Counted from the stretch's first letter, positions 30,662-40,635 are shown. The stretch is 64,000 bases of DNA from Candidatus Entotheonellaceae bacterium (GCA_965238075.1 OZ250173.1:800001-864000); one strand, 5' to 3'. Made by a program: numbers and translations. Notes: generated by a model not told the origin, from the letters alone.

Positions 30662-31870
30662 ATGCCGACTTTCACGTACACGGTCCGAACAGCCGCCGGC
30701 GCCACGCAGCGCGGCCAGATTGATGCTGCCGACCGTCGCGCGGCCGCCTTGGCGTTGCGGCAACGCCAGCTCATCGTCACGTCGCTGCGCGCCCGACCCA
30801 GGAACTTGACGATCAACCTCCCCGGCCTCACGAGCGGCGTCGCAGCCGTGGACCTCGTCGTGTTCACCCGGCAATTTGCCACCATGATCTCCTCGGGGCT
30901 GCCCCTCGTTCAGTGCCTCGACACGCTGGGCCGTCAAACCTCGAACAAGCGCCTCGGGGAAATCGTCATGCAAGTGAAGGCGGACGTGGAGGCAGGCGCC
31001 AGCTTCACGGAAGCGCTGCGCAAACAGCCGCAGGTGTTCGGCGATTTCTACGTCAACATGGTCGAGGCGGGCGAAGCGGGCGGCGTCCTGGACACCATCC
31101 TCACCCGCTTGGCCGTCTATCTGGAAAAATCCCGCGCGCTGCGGGGCAAGGTCAAAGGCGCCATGGCCTACCCGGCGGCCATTGTCGCGGTCGCCGTGCT
31201 GGTCATGATCTTCATGCTGATCTACGTCATCCCCATTTTCGCCGACCTGTTCGAGAGCTTGGGCGGTGCCCTGCCCGTGCCAACGCGCCTCGTCATGGCG
31301 CTGAGCAGCGGCGTCAAAACGGTCATCCTGTACGTGATAGTCGCAGCCGTCGCAGCGGTCTGGGCATTCAGAAGGTTCCGTCGCACCGCCAGCGGGCGGC
31401 GACTGGTAGACGCTGCCCTGTTGAAGGCACCCGTCTTCGGCAGTCTCATCGAGAAGGTCGCGGTGGCGTCGTTTGCCCGCACACTGGCGACATTGGTCAG
31501 CAGCGGCGTGCCCATCCTCGACGGCTTGGCCATCACCGCCCGCATCACCGGCAACAAAGTGATGGAAGACGCCGTTCTGACCGCCATTGAGCGCATCAAG
31601 CAGGGCAGCACGATTGCCGAGCCGCTGCGCGACCAGACGGTTTTCGCGCCGATGGTGGTGCAGATGATCGAAGTAGGCGAAAACGCCGGCGCCTTGGATG
31701 TCATGCTGAACAAGATCGCCGATTTTTACGACGACGAGGTGAACCACGCCGTCGAGGCGCTGACCTCCCTGTTGGAGCCGCTGCTGATGGTGGTTCTCGG
31801 GGCGCTCATCGGCTTCATGCTGATCGCCATGTATTTGCCCATCTTCGAGATGGCCGGCACCCTTGGCTGA
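30662..31870 (+). CDS. pilC: Type IV pilus inner-membrane platform protein PilC (T2SS F family)
   Basis: FTRQFATMISSGLPL, AGEAGGVLD, AMAYP, LLEP, AMYLPIF. Confidence 0.92.
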   Translation: MPTFTYTVRTAAGATQRGQIDAADRRAAALALRQRQLIVTSLRARPRNLTINLPGLTSGVAAVDLVVFTRQFATMISSGLPLVQCLDTLGRQTSNKRLGEIVMQVKADVEAGASFTEALRKQPQVFGDFYVNMVEAGEAGGVLDTILTRLAVYLEKSRALRGKVKGAMAYPAAIVAVAVLVMIFMLIYVIPIFADLFESLGGALPVPTRLVMALSSGVKTVILYVIVAAVAAVWAFRRFRRTASGRRLVDAALLKAPVFGSLIEKVAVASFARTLATLVSSGVPILDGLAITARITGNKVMEDAVLTAIERIKQGSTIAEPLRDQTVFAPMVVQMIEVGENAGALDVMLNKIADFYDDEVNHAVEALTSLLEPLLMVVLGALIGFMLIAMYLPIFEMAGTLG

Positions 31871-34800
31871 TGACCATGCCGACACCTGCAACCGACACCG
31901 CGTGCCATAACGAGACGGGTTGGCCGGCGCCGCAAATCCTGCGGGGATCGCGTCCGGGCGGCCAAGGCTATCTACTGGCGCGCTGGTTCGCTGAACGCCG
32001 GGGGCCACTGTTCGTCGTGACACCGGAGCCTGCCCGCCGCGATGAGCTCATTAACGATCTGCGTTGTTTTCTCGACGACCTGCCAAGTTCCTCATCCTGT
32101 TGCCAAGAATCCAGCGCCGTCCTGGGTTACATACCCGAACCGCAGGGAGCGACCCAGACGCAAGCGCTGTCAGCCGACCTGCCCCTGTGGCGGCTGCGCA
32201 ACGGCGAACCCGTGGTGGTGGTCGCCGCTGCCGCCTCGCTGCGTTACGGGACGGCACCGGGGTTGTTCGCCGAGCGCCTGCTGCCGGTCCAGGTCGGCGA
32301 CGTCACCCCACTGCCGGGATTCGCTACGGCGCTGGTCCAACGCGGCTACCGGCGCACCTCCATGGTGGAGGCGGCTGGGGAGTTCGCCCTGCGCGGCGGC
32401 ATCCTGGACGTTTTTTCGCCCGGGGAAAGGCGGCCCTGGCGGCTCGAATTCTTCGGTGACGAGGTGGAAACCATCCGCACCTTCGACGTCGCCTCGCAGC
32501 TATCGGTGGCCGAATTGCAGCGCATCGTCATCGCGCCATTGCACGTCCTGCCGCCGCAGGGCTCCGAAACGGCGCCGGGCTGGGAGCGGCTGCGAGCGCA
32601 TCTGCGCGCCCACGACTGGCATGACGCCAGAATCGCCGCCAGCTTCGAGCATTGGCGCCAGCAGCATCCCGCCGTCTGGCCGTGGGGTCTGGATACCTTT
32701 TTCTTTGACGACCTTGAATGCCCATTGGCGGGCCTGCCGGACGCCGTGACGTTGTGCTGCGTCGATCTGGAAGACGTCCATCTCATCCTGGATCAACTCC
32801 CGCCGCCGCTCGCCATGCGACTGGGCGACAGCACCGTGCCGTTTGCTACGGAGCGATGCGTCGCCGTGCCAACGCTGACCCGGCAACTGCGCGAGCGAAC
32901 CGACGTCGCGCTGACCCGCTACCACAACCTCCAAGGCAGTGATGAGTGGTTCGTGAAGAGTGGGGAGCAAAAACCGCTAGCCACTAACCACTATCCCCGA
33001 TCCACCAACCTCACCGAACTGCGCATGCGCGGCACGCCGGCGTTTTCGGGCGACCTGGGACGCTTTATAGCGCACCTCAAACAGTGGCATGGCGATGGCT
33101 TCGGCGTGCTCATCCTGTGCCGCTCCGGCCCGGAAACACGGCGACTGCACGACGTGCTGGCGTCGTACGGCCTCGGTTGCCGCATCGCAGACACCGCCGC
33201 GCAATGCCTGAACGAAGGCGCCATCCCACCGGGCAGCACCATGCTGGCCGTAGGCAGTCTCAGCCACGGCTTCCTGTGGCCGGATGAACGCCTCGTGGTC
33301 CTGCGGGGGGGCGATCTGTTCGGCGATAAGCAGCAAACCGCGCCATCGCCCGCTGGCCCGGCGCACCCAACGAGCCACGTCAGCACGCTGCGTCCCGGCG
33401 ACCTGGTGGTGCACGCCGACTACGGCATCGGGCGCTTCGGCGGCATGACGTTCCTCGACGTCGATCACCAGGGCGGCGAATTCATGGAACTCACCTACGC
33501 CGACGAGGCCAAGCTCTACGTCCCATCCTACCGCCTTAGCCTGGTAGAGAAATACCGCAGCGGCAGCGGCAGCGGCGAAGACGTCAAGGTGTCACTCGAC
33601 CGCCTGGGCGCCGCCGCCTGGGCGCGCACCAAGGCGCGCGTCAAGGCGGCGCTGCTCGACATGGCCGGCGAACTGGTCAGCCTGCACGCCTCGCGCCAGC
33701 AGGACGTCGGCCACAGGTTTGCGACGTCCACAACGCTGCACCAGGAATTTGAAAACGCCTTCGAGTACGTCGAAACCGACGACCAGATGCAGGCCATCCA
33801 GGACGTGCTGACCGACATGGAACACCCGCGGCCCATGGAACGGCTGGTGTGCGGCGATGTCGGCTACGGCAAGACCGAGGTCGCCCTGCGCGCCGCCTTC
33901 AAGGCGGTGTTCGACGGCAAGCAGGTGGCCGTTCTGGTGCCCACCACGGTGCTGGCGCAGCAACACACCGAGACCTTTCAGCGCCGCTTCGAGGCGTTCG
34001 GCGCGCGGGTTGCCGTGCTGAGCCGCCTGAACAGCCGCAAGGAACAGACCCGAACGCTGAAGGGGCTGCAAGAGGGAACGGTCGACATCGTCATCGGCAC
34101 CCACCGCCTGCTGCAGAAGGACATCCGCTTCAAAGATTTGGGCCTGCTGGTGGTGGACGAGGAGCACCGCTTCGGCGTTGGGCACAAGGAGCGCATCAAG
34201 CGGCTGAGCATGAAGACCGACGTGCTCATCCTCACCGCCACGCCCATCCCGCGCTCACTGCAGATGGCGCTCAGCGGCCTGCGCGATTGCACCATCATGG
34301 CGACGCCGCCCGGTGGGCGCAGCGCCATTGAGACAGTGATCATGCCGTTCAGCGAAGAAATCATCGAGCGCGCCGTACGGCAGGAGTTGGCCCGGCACGG
34401 GCAGGTGTTTTTCGTGCACAACCACATCGCCAGTCTGCCGGTCATCCACGCCATGCTGCAGCGCCTGGTACCCGAGTGCCGCATCCGCCCCGCCCACGGC
34501 CAGATGCCGGAGCGCCAACTGGAGACGGTGATGCTGGATTTTCTGCGGCGCGACTTCGACCTGCTGCTGTGCACCACGATCATCGAATCCGGCCTCGACA
34601 TCCCGTCGGTCAACACCATCATCATCAACCGTGCCGACAGCTTCGGGCTGGCGCAGATGCACCAATTGCGCGGCCGGGTGGGGCGCGGCCTGATACAGGC
34701 CTATGCCTACCTGCTCATTCCCGGCGAGGCGCTGCTGTCCGGCGTGGCGCGGCGGCGGATCGAGGCGTTCGAGGAGTTTTCCGAGTTGGGGTCCGGCTTT

Positions 34801-35400
34801 CATCTGGCTTCCCGCGACCTGGAAATCCGCGGCGCCGGCAACCTGCTGGGGCCGCAGCAATCCGGCCACATGAACAGCGTGGGGTTCGATCTGTATTGCC
34901 AGATGATGGCCGAGGCGGTACGCGAGGCCAAGGGCGAGGCCGTCACCGTGTGGGTTGAGCCCGAACTTCGCCTAGGGGTGCAGGGTCACATTCCGGAGAG
35001 CTACGTGGAGAGCGAAACCCAGCGCCTGCAGTTGTACCGGCGCTTGTCGGCGGTGACGAGCAGCGCGGCGTTGCAGGCGTTGCGAAACGAAATGCAGGAT
35101 CGTTTCGGGGTGCTGCCCGAGACCACGCTGCAGCTTCTGGAGGTGTTGGAAATCAAAATCCTGGCGCGGCAATTGGCCCTGGAACGCATTGAGCAGCGGG
35201 GTACGGAAGTCCGTCTGGCATTCCACCCCTCGACGCCACTGGCGCCGGAACGACTGCTGCCCTGGCTGGAGTCCGACTACCCTGGATATCGCTTCCAATC
35301 CGAGCACGTGGTGTGCATTCCCGAGCCTGAAGGAACGCCCGCCGAGCGCCTGGTGCAGCTCAAGAGAAGCTTGCAGCGGCTCCTGGCTAGCGAGCTTTGA
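31870..35400 (+). CDS. mfd: Transcription-repair coupling factor
   Basis: UvrB-like GEFALRGGILD, CarD-like VVHADYGIG, GDVGYGKTE, DEEHRFG, QLRGRVGR, RDLEIRGAG, C-terminal TRCF domain. Confidence 0.95.
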   Translation: MTMPTPATDTACHNETGWPAPQILRGSRPGGQGYLLARWFAERRGPLFVVTPEPARRDELINDLRCFLDDLPSSSSCCQESSAVLGYIPEPQGATQTQALSADLPLWRLRNGEPVVVVAAAASLRYGTAPGLFAERLLPVQVGDVTPLPGFATALVQRGYRRTSMVEAAGEFALRGGILDVFSPGERRPWRLEFFGDEVETIRTFDVASQLSVAELQRIVIAPLHVLPPQGSETAPGWERLRAHLRAHDWHDARIAASFEHWRQQHPAVWPWGLDTFFFDDLECPLAGLPDAVTLCCVDLEDVHLILDQLPPPLAMRLGDSTVPFATERCVAVPTLTRQLRERTDVALTRYHNLQGSDEWFVKSGEQKPLATNHYPRSTNLTELRMRGTPAFSGDLGRFIAHLKQWHGDGFGVLILCRSGPETRRLHDVLASYGLGCRIADTAAQCLNEGAIPPGSTMLAVGSLSHGFLWPDERLVVLRGGDLFGDKQQTAPSPAGPAHPTSHVSTLRPGDLVVHADYGIGRFGGMTFLDVDHQGGEFMELTYADEAKLYVPSYRLSLVEKYRSGSGSGEDVKVSLDRLGAAAWARTKARVKAALLDMAGELVSLHASRQQDVGHRFATSTTLHQEFENAFEYVETDDQMQAIQDVLTDMEHPRPMERLVCGDVGYGKTEVALRAAFKAVFDGKQVAVLVPTTVLAQQHTETFQRRFEAFGARVAVLSRLNSRKEQTRTLKGLQEGTVDIVIGTHRLLQKDIRFKDLGLLVVDEEHRFGVGHKERIKRLSMKTDVLILTATPIPRSLQMALSGLRDCTIMATPPGGRSAIETVIMPFSEEIIERAVRQELARHGQVFFVHNHIASLPVIHAMLQRLVPECRIRPAHGQMPERQLETVMLDFLRRDFDLLLCTTIIESGLDIPSVNTIIINRADSFGLAQMHQLRGRVGRGLIQAYAYLLIPGEALLSGVARRRIEAFEEFSELGSGFHLASRDLEIRGAGNLLGPQQSGHMNSVGFDLYCQMMAEAVREAKGEAVTVWVEPELRLGVQGHIPESYVESETQRLQLYRRLSAVTSSAALQALRNEMQDRFGVLPETTLQLLEVLEIKILARQLALERIEQRGTEVRLAFHPSTPLAPERLLPWLESDYPGYRFQSEHVVCIPEPEGTPAERLVQLKRSLQRLLASEL
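32938..33006. repeat. Inverted heptamer array (family E) in frame within mfd
   Basis: AGTGATG AGTGGTT CGTGAAG AGTGGGG ... AACCGCT AGCCACT AACCACT ATCCCCG ATCCACC; same architecture at 60141-60206. Confidence 0.7.
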
Positions 35401-35473
35401 ATATGATAGCATTTAACTATCTCGCCTCCATGTCGTAACACATCGGATCCCTTCTCTCAGGAACACACGCCTT

Positions 35474-36754
35474 ATGGCCGAAAGAACCGCCCTACCGGGC
35501 CGCCTGCGCGTCATTCTGCCCGCTATTGTCTTGGGCCTCGGGGTGATCGTTGGCTTGTATTACGGAATCGATTATTGGATCTACACAACCAAACACGTGG
35601 TGACCGACGACGCCCGCGTCAAGGGCCTGATGGTACCGGTGGCGCCGAAGGTGGGCGGCACGGTGCGCGCCCTGCACGTCGACGAGGGCAGCGTGGTGCA
35701 GAAGGGCGACGTGCTGCTGGAAATGTACAGCACCGATTACGAGCTTCAGTTCGAAGAGACGCAGGCCCGGGTAGACATGATTGCTTTCCAGCTCAGGGTA
35801 CTGCGCGAGGAAGTTAAACTCGACAGTAAACGCGCGCGGGATCAAATCGCTCATGCCCGCGCCGAACACGCCGCCAAGCAGAGCGCCCTGGCCGAGGAGA
35901 GAACGGCGCTGGAGATCGAAACCGAACAGGTGCAAAACCAACTGGCTGAAGCCGAGGCGGCGCTCAAGGAAGCCGAGTCCACGGTCGCCGAGATGCGGGG
36001 GCAAGTGCGCAGCGCCGAGAACAACTGGGAGCGCGTCAGCACGTTATCTGACGAGGGCATTGTGTCCGCCACCATCCGCGAAGACGCCGAGGACGACCTG
36101 GCGCAAACCAAGGCCCGCCTCAGTGCCGCGCAGGAGCGTGTGGCGCAGCTTCAGGCGCGATTGGAAACTGCCCTGACCTTGAAGAAACGTATTCAACTAC
36201 GCCGCAGCCGTGTGCAGACGCTGGAGGCCGAGGTCGAAGCGGCTCTCGTCAAGGTGCGCTTGGCGGAAACCGAGGGCGAGCGCAGCCGAATTCAGGAACA
36301 GATCAACATCCTGGAGGCGCAATTCAAGGAGGCGCGCGCCAAGCGCGAGCTTGCGGAACGCAACGTGGGCAAAACGGTGCTGAGAAGCCCGCTCTCCGGC
36401 ATTATCAGCCGCAAGCGCGTCGAGGAAGGCCAGGTCGTTCAGAAGGGCCAGCCGGTGCTGGTAATCGGCGACCCCCATGATGTGTGGATCCTGGCCAACA
36501 TCAAGGAGTCGTACATCCGCGACGTGGCGGTCGGCAAGGCCGTCGACATCCAGGTAGACGCCTACCCCGACCACGAATTCCGCGGCGTCGTGGACACCAT
36601 CGGCCACGCCGCCATTTCCGAGTTCGCCCTCTTCCCCCCCACCGGCAGCTTCACCAAGGTGGAGCAACGCATCCCCGTCCAGATCACCGTCCCCAACGCC
36701 AACGGCCTCCTCAAGCCCGGCATGATGGTGGAAATCGGCATCGTCAAGGATTAG
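35474..36754 (+). CDS. HlyD/EmrA-family membrane fusion protein
   Basis: N-terminal TM, TDDARV, long coiled coil, VDAYP, GSFTKVEQRIPV, LKPGM. Confidence 0.9.
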   Translation: MAERTALPGRLRVILPAIVLGLGVIVGLYYGIDYWIYTTKHVVTDDARVKGLMVPVAPKVGGTVRALHVDEGSVVQKGDVLLEMYSTDYELQFEETQARVDMIAFQLRVLREEVKLDSKRARDQIAHARAEHAAKQSALAEERTALEIETEQVQNQLAEAEAALKEAESTVAEMRGQVRSAENNWERVSTLSDEGIVSATIREDAEDDLAQTKARLSAAQERVAQLQARLETALTLKKRIQLRRSRVQTLEAEVEAALVKVRLAETEGERSRIQEQINILEAQFKEARAKRELAERNVGKTVLRSPLSGIISRKRVEEGQVVQKGQPVLVIGDPHDVWILANIKESYIRDVAVGKAVDIQVDAYPDHEFRGVVDTIGHAAISEFALFPPTGSFTKVEQRIPVQITVPNANGLLKPGMMVEIGIVKD

Positions 36755-36890
36755 CGCGTTATCGAGATCACCGTGGTTTACACGGTCCGGAACGGCCACC
36801 GCAGAATCATCACCGCGAAACGGACACGAAGGCATGAACGACGAAGCTATCACGCGCATATCGTTGGCGGAGGCAATCCGCCGTGAGGGC
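36755..36890 (+). pseudogene. Remnant of BrnT toxin 3' end and BrnA antitoxin 5' end
   Basis: ITVVYTVRNGHRRIITAKRTRRHERRSY (36755-36886) overlaps ATG 36834 MNDEAITRISLAEAIRREG, which is cut by an IS end. Confidence 0.6.
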
Positions 36891-37110
36891 GAGGTTGATC
36901 CGTTTCAGTGGACGGTTTATGACTTGGGTTTCATGCAGCTTCCTGGCAGGTCTTCTCAAAGTCGATAGGTGACTGGTAGCCCAGCCCTTGGTGACAACGG
37001 TGCGGGTTATATCATCCCTCGATGTACTCGAATATCTCACTCTGTGCCTAGCGATGATCATGGAACCGTATTCGATCGAGCAGTTCGCACTCCAGGATGG
37101 CGAAGAAGCT
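36891..37110 (-). mobile_element. IS3-family remnant: transposase C-terminus and right end
   Basis: Minus strand SFFAILECELLDRIRFHDHR*AQSEIFEYIEG*YNPHRCHQGLGYQSPIDFE with two stops, followed by IR-like CCGTCCACTGAAACGGATCAACCTC. Confidence 0.8.
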
Positions 37111-37292
37111 CCCCGCCCTCGGCCTCCAATCGCCGAGAATTGGCGTATCCGGGCAGGAAGTGCGGGTTTGCGACGACGCCTGCCGCACCGCCGGTCGAGA
37201 CCATCGCGAACGCCGGACTCGATACCTGGTACGGACTCGGTGGGTTGTTTCACCTATCCTTTATTTTCGAGATTCAGGATACGTCGCTTTAC

Positions 37293-37757
37293 TCAACAAT
37301 CGGATGGAAGGAACTTGATAGACGTAATGGGCTTCCCGTGCATATCCCAATAGCTCCATTGGACCCCGACCCCTTCCCGCACGACCTGAGTCATCTGACT
37401 GCAGTAGGTCGTGCCGATCCGTTGTGTCATTATCTCGTCAAAATGATCAAGGTCCATATCTTCGATGCGTCGGCCAATCAGCAAGTATCGGTAGACGACA
37501 GTGGTACCCTCGCAATAAATCTCGTCAAGACGTGTTTCAGCGTCCACCATTTGAGGTTCTTGATTCGATGCCAGGAACTTGCACCACAACTCGGGATTGT
37601 CCCCTTCCAAACCCACCGGGTCCGAGAAGATTGCACGGCCTAGAAGACGGCCTATATGAGTTCCCAGACTCTCACCGATGACCCCTCCGAGCCCGATTCC
37701 GACGAGCGTTGCGAAGACTACAGCGCATACACATGTCCACACGAGAACCCTCTTCAA
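37293..37757 (-). CDS. Hypothetical membrane-anchored/exported protein
   Basis: TTG start after GGAG, hydrophobic N-terminus, PQMVDAETRLD..VVYRY; lower GC. Confidence 0.6.
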   Translation of the reverse strand: MKRVLVWTCVCAVVFATLVGIGLGGVIGESLGTHIGRLLGRAIFSDPVGLEGDNPELWCKFLASNQEPQMVDAETRLDEIYCEGTTVVYRYLLIGRRIEDMDLDHFDEIMTQRIGTTYCSQMTQVVREGVGVQWSYWDMHGKPITSIKFLPSDC

Positions 37758-37774
37758 AGGACCTATCTCCTTCG

Positions 37775-38083
37775 TTACCGATGCGGTGTGTCTACGCCAC
37801 CGGCGGCAGGCCGCTCGACCTTGATCTGGTCGGCTTGTTTCATCGCCTGGGCCAGGTCGTAGGCCGCCTGCAGGCGGTACTACGTGTTCGCGTCCCCACC
37901 GAACGCCTTGTCAAGGCGGATCGCCATCTCCGGCGAAATCCCCGACTGGCCATTGACGATGTCGGACAGTTGCTTGCGACTGACCCCAAGCTTTCTTGCG
38001 CCTTCCGTCACACTAAGCCCCAGCGGTTCCAAGCAGTCGCGACGCACGGACAGGCCCGGATGAGGCGGGTTTTTCATCAGCAT
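37775..38083 (-). pseudogene. higA: HigA antitoxin with in-frame amber stop
   Basis: [22 protein letters not shown](37880-37882)YRLQAAYDLAQA; homology continues past the TAG at an expected Trp. Confidence 0.8.
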
Positions 38084-38097
38084 ATCGTGGCCCTTCT

Positions 38098-38394
38098 TCA
38101 ATGGTAATCGACGAAGTCGACGTCGCTGGCATGAACGCCCTCGAAACGGCAAACAACGCGCCAGTTACCGGACACGGTGACCGCCCAGAAACCGGCAAGC
38201 TCGCCCTTTAAGGGATGCAGCCGGAAACCCGGCAGAGCCATGCTTGTGGGCCCTGTTTTCTCGTCGAGGCGCGCCAGAATACGCTCGATCTTCGCAACGT
38301 ATACTGCTGGCACCCGTCGCCGGTCCCCCTTCTCGTAGAGAAGTTGGAGCCCCTTATGCAGCAAGAGGCAGGACCGCCTTACGAAACGCCGCAT
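38098..38394 (-). CDS. higB: HigB (RelE/ParE superfamily) toxin with atypical N-terminus
   Basis: [37 protein letters not shown] overlaps the upstream TGA. Confidence 0.75.
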   Translation of the reverse strand: MRRFVRRSCLLLHKGLQLLYEKGDRRRVPAVYVAKIERILARLDEKTGPTSMALPGFRLHPLKGELAGFWAVTVSGNWRVVCRFEGVHASDVDFVDYH

Positions 38395-39497
38395 CACCGC
38401 TGTTGAGCCGTACACACCGGGGGAGCCGTGTAATCCAAACCCAGCAGGCGAAAGTAGTTCTGACCCAAGGCGATATTCCGAAAGGCGTTGTCGTCCAGGT
38501 AACGATGGATCCGACTGGTGACGCGTAGCTCTCCCCGATAGACCTCGAAGCTCTTGTTCGCTGAAGCAACGAAGTCCGTTCCAGGCAGAAACCGCTCGGA
38601 GTATTCGTTCAGGAACGGAACATAGAGCGCCCGCTTGTCCGGCTTTGAGAAGTAGTGGTCGTCGATCACCCGCCAGGATAAATCCACCATCAGATTCGGA
38701 AACCGATCCAGCAGCGACTTCATCGTCTGGATGTGCAGCGCAGCATCTATGCTTGTAAGCTCCCTGGACAGCCCCATATGCATCCAGACGATCTTGTTGT
38801 CAGGATACAGACGCAGCATTTCCTCGATCAATGGCAGGAATTTCGTTGGATTCTCGTCGTTCCCCAAATCCGCGTGAATCGCCAGCGGGGCGTCCCGTTG
38901 CCGCAACTCGTTCATGAAGGGTCCCCACTGTGCAAGCTTGCCTCGCGGAACGGGTTGATGTCCATTGTTGAACAACGCCTGCTTGACCATGTTGACTTCG
39001 CCCATCCACTTGAACATGCTCGGATATTCTCTTTCCAGGAGTTGCATGCCGGGAAGGATGGACGCCGGTTGCGACAGGTCCGGGAACGTCATCGAAAGCG
39101 TCATGTGGATGCCCGGCGGAGCCTTCAGCACGTAGTTGGCGGCATTGACGAAATCGTTCTTCAGCGTGGGTGTCACCGGCGTGCCCAGACAGTCCAGGTA
39201 GTAGGTACAGGGCGACGACGCCGGAAGCATCTGCCCAATCCCATAAATGTTGACGAACCGCACTCCCGTCTTTTCCAGGTAAGAGACAACCTCCTCGAAC
39301 GGCAGCGCATGACCTCCAAACGGCCGGAAGTGCAAGTGGGCATCCACGACCGAGGTTTGGGGTTGAGTTGAGCGCTCATAACACGGGGCGCGAGCCGTCT
39401 TGAACGCCGTCAGGGTTGGCGCCGAGGCGCAACCTGCAACCGCAACGGCACTTATCAGAAGAAGGACAAACGACGTTCTTCGTGCGGTACTCTTCAT
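38394..39497 (-). CDS. Amidohydrolase-family lipoprotein
   Basis: Lipobox VAGC, DAHLH, GEVN, IHAD, WMHMG, GTDF. Confidence 0.75.
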   Translation of the reverse strand: MKSTARRTSFVLLLISAVAVAGCASAPTLTAFKTARAPCYERSTQPQTSVVDAHLHFRPFGGHALPFEEVVSYLEKTGVRFVNIYGIGQMLPASSPCTYYLDCLGTPVTPTLKNDFVNAANYVLKAPPGIHMTLSMTFPDLSQPASILPGMQLLEREYPSMFKWMGEVNMVKQALFNNGHQPVPRGKLAQWGPFMNELRQRDAPLAIHADLGNDENPTKFLPLIEEMLRLYPDNKIVWMHMGLSRELTSIDAALHIQTMKSLLDRFPNLMVDLSWRVIDDHYFSKPDKRALYVPFLNEYSERFLPGTDFVASANKSFEVYRGELRVTSRIHRYLDDNAFRNIALGQNYFRLLGLDYTAPPVCTAQQR

Positions 39498-39619
39498 AGA
39501 CGATTCCTTTGTCGGAAGGTTCTTGTCGATTCTCTGATCCATCTCAACCAACCGGTCCCAGGACCGGACGCTGCCGGTGAGCAATCACGGAACATGTTAC
39601 AGGACGAGCGCATATTCAC

Positions 39620-39708
39620 GTAGGTCGGATCAGCCGCAGGCGTAATCCGACAGCGGAAGCCTGTAGGGGCGGTGGGATGTCGGATTACGCTTCGCTAAGC
39701 CGCCCTAC
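39620..39708. repeat. Inverted pair of family A REPs (REPIN-like)
   Basis: GTAGGTCGGATCAGCCGCAGGCGTAATCCGAC ... GTCGGATTACGCTTCGCTAAGCCGCCCTAC. Confidence 0.85.
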
Positions 39709-39945
39709 AAGTTGATCCGAAAATGCTTTAACGGTTGCAAGTATTAGCCGGATGATGCCATATGCGCTTACCCTAGCTGTTGAGATTGCAAATGGTGAGA
39801 CGACAAGATAAAAGAGAACTCATGCCGTTTCAGGGGTATTGGCGGGTGGTCGAGGAAATTCTGACCGACGACGGCCATGTCTGACACCCGAGTATTCGGT
39901 ATCCGGATTCACCGGGCGACGGATTGGGAAACGGATCAAGAAAGG

Positions 39946-40341
39946 ATGAGCGTGATGCACAACGTCGTTCACAATGTTGGGGTTGCCGCGCAGGTCGGCA
40001 GCTACAGCGACGCCATTGAAGTGCCGCCGGGCGCACGGTGGCTGTTCACCTCGGGAACGCCGGGCCTTGCCCTGGATGGCAGATTACCGGCCGACATTAC
40101 CGGTCAAGCCGAGCTGGCCTGGGGCCACATCGTCAACATGCTGGAATCGGCGGGAATGACGGTCGACGATTTGGTCAAAGTGACCCACTATCTGCTGCAC
40201 GAGCGGGATATCCCAGATTATGTCAAGGTCCGATCACGCTTCCTGGGCGATGCGCGGCCGGCATCGATGCTGCTCACCGGCGCCGGCTTGGTGAGAGGCG
40301 AGTTTCTGCTTGAGATCGAGGCGATTGCTGCAAAGGCGTAG
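39946..40341 (+). CDS. Rid (YjgF/UK114) family protein lacking the catalytic Arg
   Basis: YSDA, LFTSG, DDLVKV, RPASM, LEIEAIA. Confidence 0.85.
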   Translation: MSVMHNVVHNVGVAAQVGSYSDAIEVPPGARWLFTSGTPGLALDGRLPADITGQAELAWGHIVNMLESAGMTVDDLVKVTHYLLHERDIPDYVKVRSRFLGDARPASMLLTGAGLVRGEFLLEIEAIAAKA

Positions 40342-40635
40342 AGCCAACAGGCGGGCCTGCACTGGGAGGGCATTCACCCATCCGCTGCCTGAATGGCCCA
40401 CACTTTTTGGTACGCCCTGATTGTGACAGTCGCAAGGTAGTGCCGCGCAAGCTTGTCGTATCATGCGATGCAGCGCCAGACCTGCCAAGAAAGCCGAGAA
40501 ATACAGACCCAACGCAAGCCCGTTCATGCGGACCTCCCCAAACAAACGCTCAGCGCTCGCCACCTCCCGCAAGCGCTTCGCAGCGGACGTAAACCGACGG
40601 CGGGTAGGTCCCAGAATGAGCCCATATTCATGCAG

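Noticed and set aside
36752..36886. Read-through fusion of the HlyD protein into the in-frame BrnT fragment
   Set aside because: HlyD ends at its normal family C-terminus, and the frame match has a one-in-three chance.
39822..39884. Small ORF MPFQGYWRVVEEILTDDGHV upstream of the Rid gene
   Set aside because: Too short, with no recognisable homology; it may be a relic but cannot be supported.
40342..40620. ORFs between the Rid gene and yyaL
   Set aside because: No convincing start, RBS or family motif.
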